Below, in pieces: positions 1 to 11,412 of a DNA stretch of 64,000 nucleotides (position 1 is its first letter; each line of letters opens with the position of its first letter). The translations under genes and the position numbers were made by a program. The DNA comes from Felis catus (Eukaryota): assembly GCF_018350175.1 (NCBI RefSeq), contig NC_058368.1, forward strand, positions 159,032,001 to 159,096,000, written 5' to 3'. The notes beneath the pieces were generated by a model. That model searched no databases. It had not been told where the DNA came from and saw only the letters and a program-made list of their open reading frames with translations.

Positions 1-1084
1 TCTGTCCTGTCATCTCACTTTATTTTGGGATCGTGGCAACTTCCTAAGCAAGTGCTGTTGCTTGCAAAGAAGTGTGCTCACCCTTCAGTCCAGCTACAGT
101 ATTCAACAAGAGGAAAGATTGATCTGCAGGCTTCTGATAAGGTATAAATTCCACATTTCTTTCCCCATCGATACAGTCTTTCTCCAAAACCATGATGTTC
201 TGAACTTACCAGAACTATGACGGGGCTAGAGCTAAAAAGAGTATGTTGTTCTAATTAAATTCAAGTGGCCTGGCAAGCAGAGGATTTTCTTTCAAACTAA
301 ATTTGCTACTAGGTGGTCTTTGAAGATATTGCGAATATATTAGAGATTTCAAATTAGTTCCATATTCTCAAGTTGGTTGTGTGAAATGAAAATGATTTCC
401 AATATTTTTTCTCAGCTCTTTTCAGTGAAAGATTTGGTAAAAAGCTGTGTCTTTCATGAAGCTGGGGAATAGTTTACATCCAATTAAAGAAATAGCATAG
501 TTACTGTTATCAATACATGATTAGATTTTGCATATACATAAAATTGACATTTATTTCTTCTGTGCTTTCTTTTTAGACAATGAACTTTGGATTTCAGTTT
601 TTATTCTATTCCTTATTGTTACATATTTATTTTCATAGCAATTTTTGTCTTGTAGAAACTTACATTTTCATTCATTGTTCAAGTTATTTGCAAGCATTAG
701 GTAAATCATGTAAAATACAACAGGGTGGACATTTTCTTTTCAGCTGTGCTTTATTCTCTTTACAGAATTAAGTTTGCTTTTTTTAATGTAACAAAAAACT
801 GACAATATGTCAGATTTAGAAAGGATCTTCAAAGTCAACTAGTTCTGTTCACCTCACATGCAAATCCTCCTTAAAACAGAACCCAGGCCATAAGAATTTG
901 GAACTTTGGTACTCAGGGGCTATCTAACTTTGGGCCCTCATGGCTTATGGAAATGTTTTCTCATCTGTAGAATGTGGATGATTACAGTGACCTCACAGAG
1001 TAGATGTGGTAGAGTTATTTGCTTTGCAAAATCCTTTTCATTTATATATAATTAGCAAAATTTCTGCAAGAGGGTTTACGTTTG

Positions 1085-1215
1085 GAAATTTTATCTAACT
1101 GACAAGTATGATTGTATCCATTTAAGAGTTGTACATGATGATTTGATATACATATATATTGTGGAATGATTATCAAGATTAAGATAATTAATATAACCAT
1201 CTTTTCACAGCTAAC

Positions 1216-1253
<38 letters not shown>

Positions 1254-1425
1254 TAAGAATGCTTAGGATCTTCTCTTTGCAAATGACTCAGGGAGAGGGA
1301 AATGAGAAGATACAGATCAAAAAGTATAAACTTTAGTTCTAAAAAGAATAAAATGTAAGGATACAATAAACAGCAAGGTGACTGTAGTTAATAATATGGT
1401 ATTGTATAATTAGCAAATTTGATAA
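1085..1425 (-). mobile_element. Old L1 (L1MA-type) 3' end with an inverted 5' segment; contains (GT)17
   Basis: 1085-1284 is antisense L1MA 3'UTR (gatatacatatatattgtggaatgattatcaag...ggatcttctctttgcaaat). 1285-1425 is the adjoining upstream 3'UTR in sense orientation (gggaaatgagaagatacagatcaaaaagtataaac...gtgactgtagttaataatatggtattgtata). Confidence 0.75.
1218..1252. repeat. (GT)17 microsatellite
   Basis: Perfect GT run read directly. Confidence 0.97.
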
Positions 1426-2774
1426 TTCTATTTTTAATATTATTTAAATAAGCAATCTATTAAAATAAAGTTAGAAAAGAAAAAGCTTGTGCAACATATA
1501 ACTAAAATATTTTCTCCAGTTTGATATTGACACACATAATTTTCTTAATTTTTTCTCTCTTCTACTTATAAAACAAACGTTTAGTAGAAAATATAGAGAA
1601 CATAGGATAATAAAGAAAATTTATGTTACTATTTGTTGAAATCTAGGGCAGCCTATACAGATAGATGATCCTCTCAAGCTCAGATAAAAAAATACCCAAT
1701 CATTTATAATCATAAATAAGAGACCCTCTCAGTAATAAATGTGTCCAGTATAGTGTAATAATAAGAAATTACACATTTCTTTGTAGGTGGCTTCTGGCTA
1801 AGGGCAAGAAAAAGAGGTTGGTTGTTTTGTCCTTTGTTCCTTCCCTGCCATACAATCCATCTGCCCTCTCCATTCTCAGCCACTCTTCTTAGAAATATGA
1901 TTTCAGACATGAGTAGAAAATAGTCTGCCCTACCTATGCTCCCATGCCCAAGATCTCCAAATGGTCATTTTGAGGCCTTTGCACTTGACTGATGATGAAA
2001 GGGATTGTCTTAACCCCTCCCTTTACTATGGCAGCATGGAAGGAAAAGTCCATAACCCACTGACAACCTGTTTCAGATAAATTCTTTTGCCAGTGTCCCT
2101 CTCCACTCTAAGCCTTTCTAACCTATTTTGTAGGTAAGAGTCACAAAACCAATTCTCCCACGTTCTATTTGCCATCATCACTTGGGTGCCTTAGCCCTTT
2201 TCATTGTAAGGTGGGAATGGTGAGCACCTGTTGCCTTTGGAGTTCAAAAACTGACACAGAAGGAGTCCTGCTTTTACATCCCTTTATGATCACTCCCTTA
2301 GGATATGTTATATGAAGTGGATTTCTGCATCTATAAATATTACCATTTTAAGACTCTTGACACATGGTAGTAAAGGTCCATCTCCCCAAATAAAAACATT
2401 ATATCAGTTATTACTCTCACTCTTACCGCATAATATTGAGAAAAGAGAAGCTGGGCAAATGAGAACAGGGGGAGAGAAAAAAGCAGGGGCTTGAGAAGAG
2501 AGAAACAGTACAGGGACATGGGAAGGAATGAGTGCAGTTTGACAGAGGATGAGGTAGAAGCTTTTGTAAATCAGATAAATGCATTTTGAGCCTCCAGCAT
2601 AAATAAATATGATTCATCCCTGCCCAAATATTTCAATGAGCAATACATTTGATAACTAGTTACTCTCAGATGCTAGCTCTGAAATGATTATTGGGAGCTA
2701 GATTTATGTAATCATTTTTAGAACTCTTTCCACATATAGCAATCTTAATTCAGGGAGGAAAAGTTTTTTGCAAA

Positions 2775-2948
2775 GGTAGTATGGAGTGGTAGAAAGGAGA
2801 TATTTTCTGTCTCCAGTTTCTGCCACTTACTAGTGGGTTGATCCTGACATTGTCACTCAATACCAATGGGTTTTAGACTCCTCATGCCTATAACTGGAAC
2901 AATAATATCTTTCCTGCTCAGCTCGTGTGGTAATTAATGATATGAGAT
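2775..2948 (+). mobile_element. MIR SINE remnant
   Basis: MIR core-like motifs tctgccacttactagtgggttgatcctg and ctcatgcctataactggaacaataata. Confidence 0.65.
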
Positions 2949-4249
2949 AGGCTGGGATTTGGAATTTGTAAGTTTTAAAGATCTTAGATCAGATATATTG
3001 CCTTGTCAGTCACCTGTCTGCCCTGAGGAAGAGCTGGAAGTTTTTAATTAATTTCCCCTGACCTATTTTCTGTTTTGTGGACAGTGTCCATGCTATATTT
3101 TTCCTCAAATGAGATTTCATATGTCAAGTGTAACTTGCATTTTTCTGGATGCATATTAACTACTCAGAAAATACTAGTTCTTGCTTTTGTCTTTTTTCCT
3201 AGTCCCTCAACTGTGTACTCTTTGGAAGTATGTGGTTATGCAATATTGACAAGGCTCTTTCTTTCAAAATAGGCAGCAGAGGGTATGTGTATTCAGAATC
3301 CATGCTACTGGTCATTCTCATACTTATTGCATTTAGTTTGGTTTGCATAAAAAAGCATTTTCCTCCTAGTCTAATTCAGTGAAAGTGATGTCAATTGTTG
3401 CCATATTGCCTGTCTGAGATCAGCTCGTAGATTAATTAAATTACAAATCTTGACTTTATTTCTTATTTAATTTTATTGATGTAAAAACAATAAGAATAGC
3501 AAAATGGTTCTAGTGTCAATGGTATTTTAAAAATGAGCAGAAAGGTGATAAAATGCATTATTACTTTAGATTTACCCTTTCCTCATTATTCACTTGGGGT
3601 AAAAATCCAATCTTGAGAGAAAATATAGAATGTGATTTTGTGCCAGCAGTAATTAGCAAGAGCAGCTTGATGAGAAACAGTGATGGAAGAATCAATGATA
3701 AACATCAATAAAGTAAAGCCCAAATGAGGCTTCTGTTTTTCATACTAGGTCTTTACACGTTGACTTAACCAAATGATTGAGAAATGACATTCTTAATCCA
3801 AAACAGTGTGCCATAAATAGGTTGTAAACTATGTTGACCTTTTAAAACTATGTCAAGCTTTCCAATTTCCCTAGAGTATACTACAAGGTTTTGTTACCAA
3901 TAATGTCTTTCCATTAACTACTACAGTTGTTTCATCAAATAGAATTTTTAAATGAAGCAGAAAAGTTTTCAGAAAACTAGGAACCAAAGGAAACATTAAA
4001 AATGTTTACTAGTATTTCACACTCAGATCTTGGTACAAACAGAATCATGAGAAAGGTAACATATTTTTATTGTTTGGTTGTTTTAAATTATCAAACGTGG
4101 GTTTGGCTTGATCCAAATTTCTTCTCCCTTTCACCGACATAAATCAAAAGACCTAGGATTGCTTCTATTAGAGTTTGCTGATGCCTTATGTATTGCTAAA
4201 TAGATACCTTTCCAGTGAAAGTTTGGGACCTCATCCTCCATGCTTAGAC

Positions 4250-4464
4250 CAGGATTTTTCAGCTTTGGCATTATTAGTATTTTGGACTGGGTAAGTCTTT
4301 GTTGTGGGGAACTTTTCATCATTGTAGTGTCTTTAGCAGCATCATTGGCCTGCAATTACTAGATGGCAGTAGAACTACTGAATTGTGATTATCAGAAATA
4401 CCTCAAGACATTGACAAAATATCATTGGATGGGGCTCCCAAAATCCCCTGCTTCAGAACCACTG
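4250..4464 (-). mobile_element. MER20 (hAT-Charlie MITE)
   Basis: About 215 bp with termini caggatttttcagc and cagaaccactg; internal tttagcagcatc, actagatggcagtag and agacattgacaaaa match MER20 antisense. Confidence 0.85.
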
Positions 4465-4580
4465 CTTTAATTTCACATTTTCTATGCATTTGGGGTGACA
4501 TGCACAAAGGGAATTTGATACACTAATATAGCTAAAAAGGAGTAAGTCTAAAAGCATAGGATATCAGACCATACCAGTTG

Positions 4581-4809
4581 CAGTGGCTCTCCATCATGGA
4601 TGTGCATTCAAATCACCTGGGAGAGATTTAAAAAAATATATCCAGGGGTGCCTGGGTGGCTAGGTTGGTTAGCATCCAACTTCAGCTCAGGTCATGATCT
4701 CACAGTTTGTGAGTCTGAGCCCTGCATTGGGCTCTGTGCTGGCAGCTCAGAGCCTGGAGCCTGCTTTGGATTCTCTGTCTCCCCCTCTCTCTGCACTCCC
4801 CCATTTGCA

Positions 4810-4862
<53 letters not shown>

Positions 4863-5015
4863 CCTCCCTCCCTCCCTCCCTCCCTCCCTCCCTCCCTCTC
4901 TCCCTCCCTCTCCTTCCCTCTCTCAAAAATAAACATTAAAAAAGTTAAAACACCCAGACCCATCTCAGATCAGTTGAATGAAGATCCATGGATGCTCCAC
5001 TGCTAAAGTTGACTG
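4581..5015. mobile_element. MER5B-like hAT remnant split by a CAN-SINE
   Basis: cagtggctctcc...gatgtgcattcaaatcacctggg before the SINE; cccagacccatctcagatcagttgaatgaaga after it. Confidence 0.6.
4645..4950 (+). mobile_element. CAN-SINE (feline SINEC) with expanded (CT)n/(CCCT)n tract
   Basis: ggggtgcctgggtggc head, tcaggtcatgatctcac, gagcctggagcctgct, CT-rich region, A-rich tail. Confidence 0.95.
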
Positions 5016-5289
5016 CAATAGGTTGCCCTCTGAATTTGATAGGCTTCTTTTGGAGATAAGCGTACAAGGTCTTCTTTTTCAAGGTTCCTTGTTTTTTTAA
5101 TTTAATGCTTTTCAGAGTCCAGAGTTGCTTCTTTTGATTATGAATTTCATTTGGTGAAGTGGGACTTCAAGGATGACACAGATTAAGTTCTATAGGAAGT
5201 CTCTGATGGACAAGAATAAGTTGAGGTGAAGTCAAGACATTTCATTTGCAGCTACTTTACGGCATGTAAACTAAAATAGGAGTTCAGAG

Positions 5290-6490
5290 TTTTTTTTTTT
5301 TAAAGCTTATTTATTTATTTAATTATTTATTTTAAATACAATTTATTGTCAAGTTAGCTAACATAAAGTGTATACAGTGTGCTCTTGTCTCTGGGAGTAG
5401 ATTCCCATGATTCATCACTTACATACAACATCCAGTGCTCATCCCAACAAGTGCCCACCTCAATACTCATCACCCATTTTCCCCTTTCGCCCACCCCCTA
5501 CCCATCAACCAGTTTGTTTGCTTTCTGTAGTTTGTTTTCTGTAGTTAAGAGTCTCTTATGGTTTGCCTCCCTCTCTGTTTGAAACTATTTTTTTCCCTTT
5601 CCCTTCCCCCATGGTCTTCTGTTAAGTTTCTCAAATTCCACATATGAGTGAAAACATACGATATCTGGCTTTCTCTGACTGACTTATTTCACTTGGCATA
5701 ATACCCTCCAGTTCTAACCATGTTGTTGCAAAGAGCAAGATTTTATTCTTTCTCATTGCCAAGTACTATTCCATTGTATATATAAAACTTCTTTACCATT
5801 CATCACTTGATGGACATTTGGGCTCTTTCCATACTTTGGCTATTGTTAATAGCACTGCTATAAACATTGGGGTACATGTGCCCCTATGAATCAGCACTCC
5901 TGTATCCTTTGGAAAAATTCCTACTAATGTTGTTGCTGGGTCATAAGGTAATTCTATTTTTAATTTTTTGAGGAACTTCCATATTGTTGACTGCACCAGT
6001 TTGCATTCCCACCAATGGTGCAAGAGGGTTCCCATTTCTCCACATCCTCACCAACATCGTTGTTTCCTGAGTTGTTAATTTTAGTCACTCTGACCGGTGT
6101 GAGATGGTATCTCAGTGTAGCTTTGATTTGTATTTCCCTGATGATGAATGATGTTGAACATCTTTTCATGTGTCTCTTGGCCATCTGGATGTCTTCTTTG
6201 GAAAAGTGTCTATTCATGTATTCTGCCCATTTCTTCACCATATTATTTGTTTTTCAGGTGTTGAGTTGGGTAAATTCTTCAGAGATTTTGGATACTAACC
6301 TTTAATCTGGTATATAATTTGCAAATATGTTCTCCCATTTCATCAATTGCCTTTTAGTTTTGTTGATTGTTTCCTTTGTAGTGCAGAAGCTTTTTATGTT
6401 TATGAGGTCCCAATAGTTTATTTTTTGCTTTTATTTCTCTTGCCTGTTGAGTGAGGAATTGTGTGGCTGAGGTCAAAGAGGTTGTTGCCT
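5290..6490 (-). mobile_element. Carnivore/feline L1, 5'-truncated (~1.2 kb: ORF2 C-terminus plus 3'UTR), decayed
   Basis: Poly-T at the left end. ORFs 5793-6035 and 5960-6241 translate as the L1 ORF2 C-terminus ([48 protein letters not shown]...WKEPKCPS). Possible degenerate TSD around aggagttc. Confidence 0.95.
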
Positions 6491-6514
6491 AGAAGAGGAG
6501 TTCTTAGGTGACAT

Positions 6515-6682
6515 TTCTGAGAATCAGCATCAGCATCACCTGGGACCTTGGTACAAATGCAAAATTTTGGGCTCCCTAACCCCCGATCTTTTGACTTACA
6601 AACTCTGGGATAGGGTTCCAGCAATTTGTGTCTTAGGCCTCCAGGTGAATCTAAACCATACTCAAATTTGAAAAATACGTAC
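6515..6682. mobile_element. MER5A-like hAT MITE
   Basis: cagcatcagcatcacctgggaccttggtacaaatgcaaaatt...aaactctggg...ccagcaatttgtgt...ctccaggtgaatct. Confidence 0.8.
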
Positions 6683-7122
6683 TAGAGACAATTTCTGTAC
6701 TTGCTTATGTGTTTTCAATGTTCTTCCAATTAGCCCTGACAATCCCATCCTTCACAAGATTAAATAATTGATAAAAATTTTCATTTAGCCTTTTGAATAC
6801 TTTCCTTTATGATTCCACTTTATCAGAAATGTTCATTGTTGAACAATGTCTTGTATACATGGATTACATAATTCTGTAGTGGAGGAGTCGTAGAGATAGA
6901 GGAGAGGTGAGAGGAAGTTTGGGGAGCTGAACACGGATCAAGCTCATGTGAGGGATACAGATGCATTTCCCAGATATACTGGCTGCCCTGTGGTCCATTC
7001 AGGTCCCCAGAAACAGTTGAGTATGATTTCCACAGGTAACATGTAGCAGCTAGTGAGCCAGGGGAGAATGTCATGTAAGAGCCATTCAGAAGAGTAGGCC
7101 ACATACAGAAAAAGGAGAACAT

Positions 7123-7327
7123 GGGGCACCTTACTGGCTCAGTTGATTACATGACCAATTCTTGGCTTCAGCTCAGGTCATGGTCTCACGGTTTTTTGAG
7201 TTTGAGCCCTGCATTGGGTTCTGTGCTGGCAGTGTGAAGCTAGCTTGAGATTCTCCCCACTCTTTGTGGCCCTGCCCCACTCATGCTGTCTCTGTCTCTC
7301 TCAAATAAATGAATAAACTTAAAAAAA
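7123..7327 (+). mobile_element. CAN-SINE
   Basis: ggggcacc head, tcagctcaggtcatggtctcacgg, A tail; near-TSD aaaaggagaacat / aaaaagtgaacat. Confidence 0.93.
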
Positions 7328-7414
7328 GTGAACATGATGCTAGATGTAGACACTGATGACTGGTGAAGAAAGGAGACACAGGTACTTGGTGCTTTTCCAT
7401 ATTACATTAATTTT

Positions 7415-7610
7415 GGGGCACCTGGGTGGCTTAGTTAAGTGTCTGACTCTTGGTTTTGGCTCAGGTCATGATCTCATGATCTCTTGGTGAGGCCTGCTTG
7501 GGATTCTGTCTCTCTTTCTCTCTGTCTCTCTGCCCCTCCCCTGTTCAAACTCATGCTTTCTCTATGAATAAATAAGTAAATAAATAAATAAACAAACGTA
7601 TTAAATAAAA
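7415..7610 (+). mobile_element. CAN-SINE with internal deletion
   Basis: ggggcacctgggtggc head; the gagttcgagccc...gctgacag segment is missing; TSD cattaatttt on both sides. Confidence 0.92.
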
Positions 7611-7899
7611 TTTCATTAATTTTAAAGTGGATTGAAGTCTTATGTTCTATACCCTTAAGTTCAGTAGCTTGACTATTTGTTATAGGTCAGTAGTGGAGGT
7701 GAGTTCCTATATGACTACCAGGTGTCACTTGCTAGTTGATATAATTATCTCTCAGTGAACAATGTCTTGGAACTTACCCTTTTTTTGGAAAATATTCCCA
7801 TAAATTTTATGTGGAAACTGGACCATGAGGAGCAGGTTGGAAAATGGGTTCTAGTTCGAAGCACATTAAAGGGATTTAGAAGAAAGGTGCTGTTTCAGC

Positions 7900-8312
7900 A
7901 GACTAGGATAGTAGCCATACCTAAGATGCAATATTAGCTTTGAGATCTATTTTGAAGGTGGAATTCTTAGAATTTCCTGTTGTATTCATGTAAAAGAAAT
8001 CAAGAAATGCTTTTGGTTTTTTTTTTCCTCTACTCATTCAGGTGGATATAAAATAATCAAAAATGGGAAAATTGGGGAGAAGCAGTATTGGAAAAATTGA
8101 GGAATTAAGTTATCTGTTTGGGACATATTAAAACTCTAGGATTCCCATTATACACAAAAATGAAGATGCCAAGAAAGCAGAATGATAAACAAGTCTGGAG
8201 CTCAGGGGGAAGAGATTAGGTTTGAGATTTAAATTTGGGCACAATCTGCATTAAGGTGTACAAAGTGCTGGGAGTGGATAAGATCACCTAAATGAGAGAA
8301 GAAGAGAGGAGA
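7900..8312 (-). mobile_element. L2 LINE remnant
   Basis: Antisense L2 motifs tttgggacatattaa, agtctggagctcaggg, atttaaatttggg, ggagtggataagatcacct. Confidence 0.75.
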
Positions 8313-9896
8313 TGCCTGAATTCACATTTTTCAACTTGACATTCCTTTAAGCTTGGTAGGAGTCTGTTAATTTTATCATGTTAAATTCCATGTTTCTTGA
8401 ATTCAATGTTACTCTTTACTCTTTATCATCGTCGTATATAAGACTTAAAAAAAATATTTTCACAATTTTTACCGAGCAATTGACCCTATATGTAGCTCTC
8501 TGACAGTAGCTTCTCCATCACAATTATGGTATCACAGCTTCCCATGGGGGCTGACAGACACTAGTGCTGAGGTAATCAATAGCTTACTAAGCCTATGAGA
8601 AAGTATTTGGGGCAGCTTAATAACATGAGCCAAAAAGATTGCTTTTTTTATTCAAGTCATTAACATTTCCTGCTATGTTCTTTGTTTTCACTGCCTTTTG
8701 CTTAATTGTCTTGTCAGGTGTTCTAAGCCTAACAGCCATATGAGATCAACCAGAAGAACTAAACTGGGAAAATAATCACATGTATCTAATAAAATATTTT
8801 TGAAAACTGGAGAGGAAGGATGAACATTCATGGTATAAGATAACATCCATTTTTCAGTTAAAGGAAATCTTACCCCCCAAAAGATGGTAGTTTGTAGAAT
8901 TATGAGTTGGGTGTTTGTGTGTATGCGTGAGGTCCTACACACATATAACTGTGTAGAGGGGACATTTTTTTCTACCAGTAAATTTTAAGACTTTTATATC
9001 AAGTAAATATATTTTGCTAATATGATCCCTACAGTTGATAATATAACCCTTTGTGGGCTAGACTAACCACATAGCTTCCCAATTGGGCCGTAAAAAAATC
9101 AACAGCTACTTTAGAATTCCTGGGGGCAGCATTAGTAAGATTTAACTTGTCCAGTTTAGGCCAATTATATGGCTTCTCTGTCTTTGCAATTCCATGGGGT
9201 CTCCTCCTTAGCCTTGGTCCTTGAGAAAGCTTTGATGGAAGGCATTCTGCAAATAACTCACTTAGCTCTGACAGGCCAAGAAATCCAGTCTGGAGCCAAT
9301 ATAAATTCAGGGATCATTTTTGCATTCATTTATTAACACAGTGAATATGGTTATTCTTTAGAGATTATTTAAAAAGCAGTTTCAGATAATAGATTTGAAT
9401 TTGTACCCTGATGCCAGGTATGTGTTCATTTGTATTTTCTTTTGTTTCTTGGTAAAAGCTCAGAAAACAACTGGGTAGAAATGTTGTCTTTTTGCATCTC
9501 TGAATTCATCCTTAATGAAAGAGCAGTTTTCCTTCCAAAGGAGAAAAGTAAGGAAACAAAACCACATGATTCCATGATATTGACTTTCTATTTAACTAAC
9601 AAGCAAATTGGCAAGCTGGAAATGCAAGAGGTCATGTGTAGCTTAACCTTCTGTTGAAGGCTCAATGTGAAACTTACTTTGTTCTGAACATATCTAAATA
9701 GGTGCTATAAGAAAAAAAAGATTGGAGAATTGCTGGTATTTGAGTTCCTTTTGTATAGAATTTCATATAGAAAATCATCCATCTGCTGTAGATGCTGGAT
9801 TTTGGAGAGCTACAGAGGTAATAGAAGATAACATAGATGTTACCTTGTTAAAATAATGTAATTGAATGCTCACTTGAACTTCACACAGCACAGAGA

Positions 9897-10011
9897 CATT
9901 AATTCAACATTTACTGGGTACCTACTTTTTGCCAGGAACTATTCTGTGTATTGTGGATATTAAGATTAGTGAGATATGGACACCCTTCTTAAGGAATGCA
10001 CAGTCTCTAGC
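9897..10011 (-). mobile_element. L2 3' end remnant
   Basis: attcaacatttactgggtacctactttttgccaggaactattct...aaggaatgcacagtct. Confidence 0.65.
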
Positions 10012-10091
10012 GTCTAAGACTAGACTCTGACTAGGTCAATGCTCCTCTAGCTCCTATATTTTCTTGAATTTCAGAGACAGACACTATATAA

Positions 10092-10588
10092 TTTGGTGGT
10101 TACTTTTATGTGTTAACTTGATTGGGACATGGGGTGCTTAAAATGTGCTTAAAGTTTATTCTGGGTGTGTCTGTGTTTAGGGATAAAATTAACATTTGAG
10201 TGAATAGACTAAAGTAGATTGGGGGAGCATCGTACAATCCATTAGAGGCCTAAGAGAATAAAGGGTGTGATAAGGGAGAATTTGCCTTCCCTGCCTAAGT
10301 GTTTTCAAGTGGGGACCTCAGTCTTGTTCTGCATGTGGATTAGAACTTGCACCATCAGTTCCTCTTGTTCTCAGACTTCCAGACTTGGGGTGGAGTTGTA
10401 CCACTGACTCTTCTAGGTCTCCAGTTTGCAGATAGCAGTTGGTGGGACATCTCAGCCTTCATTATCATGTAGCCAATTATAGCAATCTCTCTTCATGACT
10501 ATCTCTCTCTGTCTCTGTATCATCTCTATGTATCTGTTTATACCCTATTGGTTCTGTTTTCCTTAAAGAACCCTGACTCTAATATACA
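10092..10588 (+). mobile_element. MLT2 (ERVL) solo LTR
   Basis: Starts tggtggttacttttatgtgttaacttgattggg, contains attctgggtgtgtctgtg, ends cctattggttctgttt...agaaccctgact...aca. These are characteristic MLT2 termini. Confidence 0.88.
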
Positions 10589-10906
10589 AGCGAACTATAG
10601 GAGCAGTTGTAGAGAGACAAAACAGGACAACTAGCGCAATTTCCTAAGGGGGCACCCTATACAATCCAGGAATTTAATTGTCTTTGTGAAATGGATTCCA
10701 ATATTCCAGTGCTACTGACTCTGAAAATAGCAGTTTAAGTTCATCTTTGGGTTTGTACTTATGAAAATTAGGAATTTTTCAAATTAAAGCTAAAGATTGG
10801 AACTCAGACAAGCTAAAGATAGGTCTATCTCTGCTTAGAAACATACATATATTCCAGTCACAACTGAATTTTTGACTTATGGGAAAGATAAATAAAAAAT
10901 AATTTG

Positions 10907-11110
10907 GAGGGCGCCTGGGTGGCTCAGTTTGTTGAGGGTCCAACTCTTAATTTTGGCACAGGTCATGATCCCAGGATTGTGGGATTGAGCCTGGTGTTTG
11001 TCTCTGTGCTGAGCTTGGAGCCTACCTAAGATTCTCTTTTCTCTTCTGCCCCTCTCCCTCTAAGGCACACCCACTTTCCTCTCTCACTTTCCCTCAAAAA
11101 AAAAAAAAAA
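10907..11110 (+). mobile_element. CAN-SINE (older subfamily)
   Basis: gggcgcctgggtggctcag head, ggtcatgatcccagg, poly-A tail. Confidence 0.93.
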
Positions 11111-11412
11111 GTTCAAGGGGATTTGCCGAATTTACAGTAGGAAAGGAATTGGGGCTTGATGTCCAAGTAGCAAAGAATGTAGCTTGAACACTCAAAACTA
11201 CTTCACTTAGCTTAAGTAAAAAATTTTAGCCTTTCTATATGCATCACTGCAGTAAGCCAGAGTTGGTCAAAGGTCACCAACAAAGCAGATGCTTGGATTT
11301 TTATTTAATGACACACAAAGTATTTGATTGACTAAATTTCATGTAATATATAGCCATCATACAATAACCTTAAAAGGATTAAGTGGAGAAAAACAACAGA
11401 GGAGTATTGTGG

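Noticed and set aside
210..231. 22-nt - strand microexon candidate (tctttttAG|CTCTAGCCCCGTCATAGTTCTG|GTAAGT)
   Set aside because: The pyrimidine tract is short, two of three frames have stops, the length is not a multiple of 3, and it conflicts with the better-supported + strand reading. It cannot be fully excluded.
551..771. Acceptor at 576 plus a 63-aa ORF
   Set aside because: The sequence is very AT-rich and the peptide F/L/I-biased, typical of random T-rich DNA; there is no recognisable domain.
1985..2066. C/D snoRNA-like ATGATGA...CTGA pair about 70 nt apart
   Set aside because: The terminal stem is only about 3 bp, there are no clear C'/D' boxes, and I recognise no rRNA or snRNA antisense element.
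4645..4720. tRNA-like sequences at SINE heads
   Set aside because: These are the tRNA-derived Pol III heads of CAN-SINEs, followed by SINE body and tail; they are not tRNA genes.
4600..4963. Three ORFs of 81-110 aa with SL/PPSL/ER repeats
   Set aside because: They are read-through of a CAN-SINE and its CT/CCCT tract. The same applies to the ORFs at 17876, 19554, 21594, 29151, 29923, 47811 and 59203.
5793..6305. ORFs with real protein similarity (also 20069-20293 and 52725-53316)
   Set aside because: They are frameshifted L1 ORF2 C-terminal fragments or their antisense, in 5'-truncated copies; they are not genes.
6823..7129. 99-aa and 61-aa - strand ORFs in non-repeat-looking DNA, and CAG|GTAACA at 7035
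   Set aside because: There is no recognisable homology, the ORF starts abut a SINE junction, and the pyrimidine tract is too short for a recursive site.
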